26,137 nucleotides of DNA, taken from Christensenellales bacterium (lineage in GTDB: Bacteria > Bacillota > Clostridia > Christensenellales > Pumilibacteraceae). The notes under the pieces were generated by a model. The model was not told where the DNA came from. It ran no database searches and saw only the letters and a program-made list of their open reading frames with translations. The DNA is taken from contig DBEXQE010000295.1 of assembly GCA_048167245.1 (NCBI GenBank), forward strand, positions 1 to 26,137, read 5' to 3'. Of the stretch, positions 1 through 7,909 are shown piece after piece. The position numbers and the translations under genes are program-made. The stretch's first letter is position 1. Every line of letters starts with the position of its first letter.

Positions 1-33
1 AATTTGACAAAAAAATTTTCACAGGAGAATGTT

Positions 34-1104
34 ATGAGAAAACTCGGCGTTGCTATCATAGGGCAAGGTAGAAGCGGAAAAGATATACACGGCGCGTATT
101 TCGTTTCCGACAGAAATAAGTATTACGACGTAAAGTACGTCGCGGAAACCGACGGGATAAGACAAAAGATATCGTCCGAGAGATACGCGGGATGCAAAGT
201 ATTTTCGGACTATAAGGAATTTTACGGATGCGACGATATAGATCTCGTCGTAAACGCGTCTTTTTCGGATCAGCATTTCGCGATAACGAAAGATCTGTTG
301 GAGCACGGCAAGAACGTGCTTGTCGAAAAGCCGCTTGCCCGCACCGAAAAAGAGTGCGAAACGCTTATCGCAACGGCGAAAAAGAAAGGCGTGCTTTTGG
401 CTACGTTTCAGAACACTCAGCTTGCGCCGTATTATTTAAGCGCTTTGGAAACGATGAAAAACGGCATAATAGGAGACGTAAAGCAGGTAAACTTGCGTTT
501 CAATTCGCTCTCCCGCCGTTGGGATTGGCAGACGCTTCTGAAAAGAGTCGGCGGCAGCGCGTACAATACGGGACCGCATCCCATAGCTATGGCGCTCGGA
601 TTTCTGGATTTCGACAAGGATACGAAAATAGAATTTTCAAAGCTCGATACCGCGCTCACGAGCGGCGACGCCGACGACTACGTAAAGATCGTTCTTTCCG
701 CTCCGAACAAGCCCGTCGTCGACGTGGAGATCAGCTCGATAGATCCTTTCACGGATTACAACATAAAGTTACAGGGGTCGAAAGGCGCGCTTAAAAGCAC
801 GCCGAGAACTTATAAGCTCAGATACATAGCGGACGGCGAAAATCCGCCGAGACCCGTTATCGAACAGCCGCTTTCGGACGAAAAGGGAAATCCGCTGTAC
901 TGTTCGGAAAAACTTATAACGCATGACGAAGAAGGCGCATACGACGGCACGGCGTTCGACGTCGGCACGGCGGGAATATACGAGGACATATATTTCGCGC
1001 TGACCGAGAACAAGCCTTTAAGAGTTACGCCGGAGCAGTCGGCTATGGTGATAAAGGTTATCGAAACGGCGCATAAAAACAGTCCGTTGCCCGTCAGATT
1101 CTAA
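34..1104 (+). CDS. Gfo/Idh/MocA-family NAD(P)-dependent oxidoreductase
   Basis: Rossmann start GVAIIGQGRSG, VLVEKP motif, GGSAYNTGPH catalytic-region motif, no signal peptide. Start moved from TTG at 4 to ATG at 34 because AGGAG lies at 23-27. Confidence 0.92.
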   Translation: MRKLGVAIIGQGRSGKDIHGAYFVSDRNKYYDVKYVAETDGIRQKISSERYAGCKVFSDYKEFYGCDDIDLVVNASFSDQHFAITKDLLEHGKNVLVEKPLARTEKECETLIATAKKKGVLLATFQNTQLAPYYLSALETMKNGIIGDVKQVNLRFNSLSRRWDWQTLLKRVGGSAYNTGPHPIAMALGFLDFDKDTKIEFSKLDTALTSGDADDYVKIVLSAPNKPVVDVEISSIDPFTDYNIKLQGSKGALKSTPRTYKLRYIADGENPPRPVIEQPLSDEKGNPLYCSEKLITHDEEGAYDGTAFDVGTAGIYEDIYFALTENKPLRVTPEQSAMVIKVIETAHKNSPLPVRF

Positions 1105-1133
1105 TTGAAATTTCAGGATAAGGAGAAGAAAAT

Positions 1134-2873
1134 ATGAAAAGATTTATTGCAATTCTTTTATGTGCGGTAAGCCTGTTTTCGGTTGCCGCATGTGCGGGCG
1201 GACCGAAAAGCAAAATACCCGCAAACGTTACCGTTATAAGAGTGGATAACTTTACGGGCGGCATCGGAGTGGATTGGCTTCGCAATGCGGCGCACAGATT
1301 CGAAACGGCAAACGCCGAAACGGTATTCGAAGAAGGCAAAAAAGGCGTATATGTGGATATTTCCACGGTACAGCCGGAGCCTGCTACGATATCCACTTCG
1401 GGTTATCATATTTTCTTCGACGAGCGGTACAGCAACATTTACGATTTGGCGCAGACGGGCAAGATAGTCAGCCTTAACGACGTCGTTACGGGAAAGGGCA
1501 AAGACGGTAACACGATAAGCGAGTATATGCACGGCGACGAAACGCTCGAAAGCAAAATAAATCCCGCCGTCAAAGAAGGGCTTAAATGGAGCGACGGCGA
1601 GTATTACGCGTTGCCGCACTACGAGTGGTTCCCGGGTCTTATTTACGACAGAGAATCGTTCGACTATTATAACTGGTATTTCGCGAAAGACTCCGAAAAC
1701 GGCAAGACGGTCGGAAATCCCGCGACATACGGAACGGCGCTTTTCGTGAAGAACGCTTCTTCCGAAAAGTCGTGCGGACCCGACGGGATATACGGAACGG
1801 AAGACGACGGACTTCCCTCGTCTTTGCGGGAAATGATCATACTTTGCAGCGTGATAAACGAGTACACGAAACCGTTTACGCTTACGGGCATGTTCCCGTA
1901 TTATGCGACGTATCTTCTGGAAGGCTTGTGGGCGTCGCTCGCGGGCAAGGAAGAGTTGAGAGCTCTTTACGATATGACGGGCACCGTGGACGTCGTAGTC
2001 GGATACAAAAACGAAAAGCTGTTTCCGGGCACGAAAAGCAATGCGCTGAAACCGGAAGTCGAACCCGTGGAGATAAACAAAAACAACGGATACCTTGCTT
2101 ACAGATCGGCGGCGAGATATTACGCGACGTCGTTTATAGACGTCATAACGAAAGAAGGCTGGATGTCGAACGAGGCGACCATGCCGAACATGTCGCACGT
2201 GGAAACGCAGAAGAGCTTTATTTACGGCGGACTCAATTCTCAGAATCCGCGCAGAGCGTTTCTGATAGAGGGCAGTTATTGGTACAACGAATCCGTTGCG
2301 TCGAATAACTTTGCCGATTATTTCGCGTCGGCGAGAGATAAGGAATTCCGCGACGTGCGCTTTATGCCGTTGCCGACCAAACTCGACGGAAGCGTGGCGG
2401 AAGGCGAGGGCAAGGACGGCGGCAAGGCGTCGCTTATGGACAACGGGCTTGCATACGCGTATATCAACGCGAGATTCAAGGACAACGAAGCCGTTATGAA
2501 AGCATGCAAGGCGTTTCTGAGCTTTGTATATTCCGACGAAGAATTGCGCGAATTTACGGCGTCTACGGGAATAACGCGCCCGATAGATTATACTCTGAGC
2601 GACGCGGAGAAAGAGCGTCTTTCGCCGTATCAGAAGTCGGTGTACGATCTCGCGCGCAATGGTAACGTTTTCTATTTCAGTTCCGACAACGAACTGTTCA
2701 AACGCAATCAAGCCACTCTTAAAGTTTCGGTAGGCTCCGATATGTTCAAGCCCGTTATCGGCACTACGCAATACGCGAGCCATTACGTCGTATTCAAGGA
2801 TACGAACGTAGCGGCGAATACCGTTTTCGACGTTGCGTTTACGGAATCCGAGTGGGCGGGCATAGTCGGCTGA
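1134..2873 (+). CDS. ABC transporter (CUT1-type) solute-binding lipoprotein, unusually long (579 aa)
   Basis: Signal peptide with lipobox VAAC. SBP-like segments GGIGVDWL, DGEYYALP, AFLIEGSYWYNE and FMPLP. Directly upstream of two permeases. RBS AAGGAG. Confidence 0.88.
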   Translation: MKRFIAILLCAVSLFSVAACAGGPKSKIPANVTVIRVDNFTGGIGVDWLRNAAHRFETANAETVFEEGKKGVYVDISTVQPEPATISTSGYHIFFDERYSNIYDLAQTGKIVSLNDVVTGKGKDGNTISEYMHGDETLESKINPAVKEGLKWSDGEYYALPHYEWFPGLIYDRESFDYYNWYFAKDSENGKTVGNPATYGTALFVKNASSEKSCGPDGIYGTEDDGLPSSLREMIILCSVINEYTKPFTLTGMFPYYATYLLEGLWASLAGKEELRALYDMTGTVDVVVGYKNEKLFPGTKSNALKPEVEPVEINKNNGYLAYRSAARYYATSFIDVITKEGWMSNEATMPNMSHVETQKSFIYGGLNSQNPRRAFLIEGSYWYNESVASNNFADYFASARDKEFRDVRFMPLPTKLDGSVAEGEGKDGGKASLMDNGLAYAYINARFKDNEAVMKACKAFLSFVYSDEELREFTASTGITRPIDYTLSDAEKERLSPYQKSVYDLARNGNVFYFSSDNELFKRNQATLKVSVGSDMFKPVIGTTQYASHYVVFKDTNVAANTVFDVAFTESEWAGIVG

Positions 2874-2898
2874 CGGCTACGCATAAGGGTGGAAACAG

Positions 2899-3831
2899 AT
2901 GACTGTAAAAAAAATTTACAACAGGAAAACGAAGCGGCTCGCCTTTTACACGGCGGTTATCGCGTTGCCCGTTATACAGTTCTGCGTTTTTTATATATAT
3001 CTGAATTTCAATTCGATAATAATGGCGTTTCAAAAGTATGCTCTGCCCGAAACGGGAATGGGATACGAAATAAGTTTTGCGGCGTTTTCGAATTTTCGGG
3101 CGGCGTGGAAAACGTTTGCCGAGAGCGGGTTCATGCTTATAAATTCGCTCAAGCTGTTTGCCTGCGAGCTTTTTATAGCTTTGCCGCTCGCGGTGCTGTT
3201 TGCGTTCTATATATACAAAAAATGTCCGATGTACAAACTGTTCAGGATAATGCTGTTTATGCCGCAGATAATATCGAGCATAATATTCGTTATGCTGTTC
3301 AAATATCTGACGAACGAGGTCTATTCGCAGATCGCGTTCAAGATCACGGGCGAGATGCCGCTCGGGTTGCTCGTGGATACGAAAACGAAAATGGGCGCCG
3401 TACTGTTCTACAATATCTGGATATCGTTCGGCGTGAACGTTATGATGTTTACGGGCAGTATGGGCAATATCGACGCGTCGCTCGTGGAGTCGGCAAAACT
3501 CGACGGCGCAAACGCCGCAAGAGAGTTCTTCCATATAACGTTGCCGCTCATCTGGCCTACGTTCACGACGTTTGCAGTGATCATGTTCACTGGAATTTTC
3601 ACCAATCAGATGAATTTGTATTCGTTGTTTGCGGGCAACGGCGCGGAACTTTCCACGTTCGGTTATTTTCTGTACATGGCGGGGCTCGGTTCGGATCTGT
3701 TCGGAAGCGCGTTGCGTTATCCGAGCTATCCTCAGCTTTCGGCGCTCGGCATCATGCTTACGTGCATGACGCTCCCCGTCGTTCTCGGAAGCAGATGGGC
3801 CATGCGCAAGTTCGGTCCGTCGGCGGATTAG
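2899..3831 (+). CDS. Carbohydrate ABC transporter permease (MalF/UgpA-like)
   Basis: Several TM helices, FMPQIIS motif, EAA loop SLVESAKLDGAN followed by FFHITLPLIWP. Confidence 0.93.
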   Translation: MTVKKIYNRKTKRLAFYTAVIALPVIQFCVFYIYLNFNSIIMAFQKYALPETGMGYEISFAAFSNFRAAWKTFAESGFMLINSLKLFACELFIALPLAVLFAFYIYKKCPMYKLFRIMLFMPQIISSIIFVMLFKYLTNEVYSQIAFKITGEMPLGLLVDTKTKMGAVLFYNIWISFGVNVMMFTGSMGNIDASLVESAKLDGANAAREFFHITLPLIWPTFTTFAVIMFTGIFTNQMNLYSLFAGNGAELSTFGYFLYMAGLGSDLFGSALRYPSYPQLSALGIMLTCMTLPVVLGSRWAMRKFGPSAD

Positions 3832-3842
3832 GGGGCGCAAAG

Positions 3843-4820
3843 ATGAAAAACGTAAACAAAGCAAATAAAAAGAGCGCGGGAGATATAGCCGTAAAAACGG
3901 CGGCGATCGTACTGCTCGTTTTGCTCGTGGCGTATTCGCTGAGCATATTCGCAATGCTGCTGTGGGGACTTTTGACTTCGCTGAAAGCGCATACCGATTT
4001 CGGCGTGCCGACGAACAACATAATAGGATTCCCCAATCTCGATCCGAACGACCCCGTAAATTCACGTAACGAATTTTTCAGGTTCGCGAATTACACGAAG
4101 ATTTTCAGCCAATTCTATATAGAAGATACTATATCGTTCTTTCAGGGGCAGAACCTTGTGGATCATAAGGTCGCGGCAAACTTTTGGGTAATGCTGCTGT
4201 ATTCGATAATATATTCGCTCGGCAACGGTCTTATCCAGGCGTTCGTTCCGGCGATAGTCGGTTATCTTTGCGCGAAATACAACTATAAGTTCAGCAAAGT
4301 CGTTTACGTAACCGTTTTGGTAGTCATGAGCCTGCCGATAGTCGGCGCGTATCCGTCGGAAATAACGCTGCTCAGAAATCTCGGATTGTACGATACTTTC
4401 TTCGGGAATTTCGTGCAGAGATTCTCTTTTACGGGCATGTACTTTTTGGTGTTCTACGAATATTTCAAGGGCATGTCCGATACGTACAGAGAAGCGGCGG
4501 AGATAGACGGCGCGTCGCAGTGGACGGTCATGGCGCGCATATATATTCCGTTGGCGTTCAACATGATAGGCTCCGTTCTGCTTATAAAATTCGTATTTTT
4601 CTGGAACGACTACACGGCGGTGAATATGTACATGCCGACGCACCCCACGCTTTCGTATTCGATTTTCTGGATGGTATACAAGAATACGAATTGGGAGTTC
4701 AATCGCGTTCCGATCAAGGTCGCGGCTTGCATGATATTGGCGATCCCCATGCTCGTTATATTCGTTGTTTTGCGCGATAAACTTATGGGCAACATGACGC
4801 TCGGCGGCATCAAAGAATAG
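3843..4820 (+). CDS. Carbohydrate ABC transporter permease (MalG/UgpE-like)
   Basis: C-terminal part of listed ORF 2889..4820. The true start is most likely ATG 3843 (MKNVNK), 11 nt after the previous stop and after a GGGGG SD-like run. EAA loop YREAAEIDGASQW, WNDY motif and the typical C-terminal GGIKE. Confidence 0.92.
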   Translation: MKNVNKANKKSAGDIAVKTAAIVLLVLLVAYSLSIFAMLLWGLLTSLKAHTDFGVPTNNIIGFPNLDPNDPVNSRNEFFRFANYTKIFSQFYIEDTISFFQGQNLVDHKVAANFWVMLLYSIIYSLGNGLIQAFVPAIVGYLCAKYNYKFSKVVYVTVLVVMSLPIVGAYPSEITLLRNLGLYDTFFGNFVQRFSFTGMYFLVFYEYFKGMSDTYREAAEIDGASQWTVMARIYIPLAFNMIGSVLLIKFVFFWNDYTAVNMYMPTHPTLSYSIFWMVYKNTNWEFNRVPIKVAACMILAIPMLVIFVVLRDKLMGNMTLGGIKE

Positions 4821-4847
4821 ATCGCCGCGCAAAAAAAAGGAGAAAAG

Positions 4848-7800
4848 ATGAAATCCGATTCCAAAATCAAAACGTTTTTATCGGCGGTTTTCGCGCTTAT
4901 CGCGCTGTCGCTGTGCATGGCGGCGGTCGCGTTGTCTGCGCCGAAAGGGTTTGCGTCCGCCGACGGCGCGCAGGTGAATTCTACCGATATAAGTTCGCTT
5001 TACTTCGTAGATACCGATCTGAAACTTCCCGTTTCCGCCGAGATCTCGTACGGCGGCGGAACGTATCCGGGGAGCTATTCGGCTCTGATAACTCCCGACG
5101 GAAGCGTTACCGAAAGCGCGGAGATCAGGTTGACCGAAACAGGCGATTATTCCGCCGTTTATGCGTTCTCCGCGGACGGGGAAAAATACAAAGCGCAAAA
5201 AACGTTTAAGGTCGTGAATAAAAACTGGCAAGTCGTTTCGGCGGGTTCGAAAGTCGAATTCGGCGAGTTGAGCACGGGAGAGAATGTGCAAGGGCTTACC
5301 GTAACGATCGCCGACGGAGATGCTTTTACGTATAACGTTCCCGTCGATCTGCGCAAGCGGACGCTCACGGACGTTATAACTTTTTATCCTAATCAGATAG
5401 AAAAGAAAACCGAGCAACGCGACAACAAACTCACTTACGTGAATTTCGACGCGGAGTATATAACGGTTACGCTTACGGACTGTTACGATCCGTCCGTTTA
5501 CGTTACGGGCATGATCTATTACGACCCGAGTTATAAAAACAGCGTTTACGTCCGCACTTCGGCGAGCGGGCAGGGCGAGTTCGGACTTTATCTCGATTGC
5601 CCGTTCGCGTCTCAGCCGAGCGTATATATAGACGGGTCGCGCTACGGCGTGTACGAGGGCAAGTTCGGTCAGACCGTTCAGTCGGTCGGAACGCCGCCGC
5701 CGTACTACAAGTGGACGTACGACTACGAAACCAACAGAGTTTATTTCAACGAAGCCGACGAAAAAACGTTCCTTGTCAACGATCTCGACAACGACGCGAT
5801 CTCCGCGAACAAGTTCGGCGGTTTTACGACGGGCGAAGTCTACGTTTCCGTTTCGGCGTCGGATTTCTATACGTCGTCTACGGTCGTGCAGATAGAAGCG
5901 ATAGGCGATATGCGCGGCGAGGCTCTTGCGGCGGGATATTATAAGGACGAAACGGAGCCTACCGTAGTTATCGACGCGGATAACGCGGGGGGGGGCATCT
6001 TTATTGAAAAGGGCAAAGAATTTACGCTCTTTGCCGCGACCGCATACGACGTAAATCTCGTAGGCGGAGTCAAAACTAACGTATATTATAACTACGGTAC
6101 GGAAATTCAGAGTTCCGTTCTCGTAAAGGACGGAAAGTTCACTCCGTCCGCCGCCGGCACGTATGCCGTGGAGTACGGCGCGAAAGACGCTTTCGGTAAC
6201 GTAGGCAAAAGCGTCATGTATCTTTATTGTATAGACGGAAAAGTAACTACGCTTACGGCAAGCAGACCCGCGTCGCTTACGGCTGGCGTGGAATCCGCAA
6301 GGCTCGACTTCGAAGCAAGCAGTTACAACGGCGACGTGAAAGTCGATATCAAGGCAGTTTGCGACGACGGAACGGAATATGCCGTAGACAAAGACACGCT
6401 CACTTTCACTCCGCTCGGAACGGGAAAATACACCGTTATTTATACGTATTCGGATAACGTGGGAACTTACGAATACAAATACGATCTGGAATGTGCGCCG
6501 AACCCGTCGTATGCGTTTGTCGGCAAGCCCGATCTGCCTAAGTATTATATAAAGGGCGCGGATTATTCGATAGACGGCTTTACGGCGTATTCGTTTACCG
6601 GAAAAGCTCCGCAAGCCGTAGATACGGAAGTTTGGGCAAAGTTCGACGACGGCGAATACGAAAAAATAAGCGATCTGTCCGCGTTCAACATAAAGGGAGA
6701 GCGCGCCGTCAGGTTCAGGTATACTGCGGGCGAAACGGTATACGAAACGGACGGTATAGAAATAAAGGACGTGGGCTACGGCGACGAGCTGAGCATTGCG
6801 GATTATTTCGCGGGAGATTTCTCGGCTACGGCGGAATACGATCATATAGATTTCGGATCGAGCGGAGCGGGAGAGAAGAAAACCGAATTTATAAACAGAC
6901 TTTCTCCGTCGCTGTTCTCCATGGAATTTGCGATCCCGTCCGCCAAAGCGAGATTTACGGCGTTCTCGATAGTGCTTTCGGACTGCGCGGACGAGCGCAA
7001 CAGAACGGCAATAGTATACGAGACTATAAACGGAGCGCTCAACGTATCGGTCGGCGGCGGCAAGCCGTATACGGTCAACGGGCGGATAGACGACGGTATG
7101 CGCCGCTCGGTGCGCTACGACGCGGAAGCGGGCAACTTCTATTTCGGAGATATTTCGAGTACGGTTTCGGTGCCGTTTACATTCGATTTCGCGTCCGATT
7201 ATTGTATGATGACTATTGAGTTGTCGGGCGCGCGCGACGGCGCGGGATTTACGCTGTACCGCTTGCAAAATCAGCTTATCGGAAACAGGACTTACGACGG
7301 CTACCCGCCGCAGATATATTGCAAAGAGTCGTCGGGCTACGTAGAGATCGGCACAACGGCTACGGCGTACGCCGCGAGCGTGTCCGACGTTCTGTCGCCC
7401 TGGCTCAAAAGCGAACTTACGCTGTCGGTCATCGCACCCGACGGGAGTTTCGTTACGGGCGAAAACGGCATTTTACTGCATAACGTTTCGGGCAATGAAA
7501 ATTACCGCTTTTCGTTGAACTCGTACGGCGTGTATTACGTCGAATACAACGTGCGCGACGCGAGCGGAAATCCGGCAACGCAATCGTATATGATAAACGT
7601 TGCCGATATGATAGCGCCCGAGATCTCGTTCGACGACGGATCGGGAAAAGAAACCGTTCAGAACGTTCGCTTGGGCTACAAGTACAAAATAAAAGCCTAT
7701 ACTGTTTCGGACAATTATTCGAAACCCGAAAATATAACTTCCGTTGCGTATATCTACAACAAAAACGGACTGCTCGTATCGTACGGCGCCGAAGAATACA

Positions 7801-7895
7801 CGCTCACGGAAGCGGGCGATTATACGGTGTACGTTTACTGTTTCGACGAAGCGGGCAATCACGCATACGCTTCGTACAAAGTAAAAGCGGCTTGA
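4848..7895 (+). CDS. Large exported beta-rich protein with several Ig-like domains, function unknown (1015 aa)
   Basis: N-terminal signal sequence without a canonical lipobox. Ig-like strand motif YxVxYxxxDxxG(N) at 6162, 6429, 7533 and 7821. Tyr/Thr/Val-rich. RBS AAGGAG. Confidence 0.8.
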   Translation: MKSDSKIKTFLSAVFALIALSLCMAAVALSAPKGFASADGAQVNSTDISSLYFVDTDLKLPVSAEISYGGGTYPGSYSALITPDGSVTESAEIRLTETGDYSAVYAFSADGEKYKAQKTFKVVNKNWQVVSAGSKVEFGELSTGENVQGLTVTIADGDAFTYNVPVDLRKRTLTDVITFYPNQIEKKTEQRDNKLTYVNFDAEYITVTLTDCYDPSVYVTGMIYYDPSYKNSVYVRTSASGQGEFGLYLDCPFASQPSVYIDGSRYGVYEGKFGQTVQSVGTPPPYYKWTYDYETNRVYFNEADEKTFLVNDLDNDAISANKFGGFTTGEVYVSVSASDFYTSSTVVQIEAIGDMRGEALAAGYYKDETEPTVVIDADNAGGGIFIEKGKEFTLFAATAYDVNLVGGVKTNVYYNYGTEIQSSVLVKDGKFTPSAAGTYAVEYGAKDAFGNVGKSVMYLYCIDGKVTTLTASRPASLTAGVESARLDFEASSYNGDVKVDIKAVCDDGTEYAVDKDTLTFTPLGTGKYTVIYTYSDNVGTYEYKYDLECAPNPSYAFVGKPDLPKYYIKGADYSIDGFTAYSFTGKAPQAVDTEVWAKFDDGEYEKISDLSAFNIKGERAVRFRYTAGETVYETDGIEIKDVGYGDELSIADYFAGDFSATAEYDHIDFGSSGAGEKKTEFINRLSPSLFSMEFAIPSAKARFTAFSIVLSDCADERNRTAIVYETINGALNVSVGGGKPYTVNGRIDDGMRRSVRYDAEAGNFYFGDISSTVSVPFTFDFASDYCMMTIELSGARDGAGFTLYRLQNQLIGNRTYDGYPPQIYCKESSGYVEIGTTATAYAASVSDVLSPWLKSELTLSVIAPDGSFVTGENGILLHNVSGNENYRFSLNSYGVYYVEYNVRDASGNPATQSYMINVADMIAPEISFDDGSGKETVQNVRLGYKYKIKAYTVSDNYSKPENITSVAYIYNKNGLLVSYGAEEYTLTEAGDYTVYVYCFDEAGNHAYASYKVKAA
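5987..5995 (+). repeat. G9 homopolymer tract within CDS 4848-7895
   Basis: GCG GGG GGG GGC encoding AGGG. Confidence 0.9.
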
Positions 7896-7909
7896 AAAGG
7901 AGATAAAAC

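Noticed and set aside
4..33. TTGACA at 4-9 as a -35 box, or TTG at 4 as the start codon
   Set aside because: No convincing -10 at 16-18 bp spacing. The SD at 23-27 supports ATG 34. Upstream context is missing.
2889..3842. 318-codon N-terminal extension of ORF 2889..4820 overlapping the first permease in another frame
   Set aside because: The extension has no protein-like features, while 2899-3831 is a clear permease and ATG 3843 gives a normal-sized second permease. There is no evidence for a fusion or programmed frameshift.
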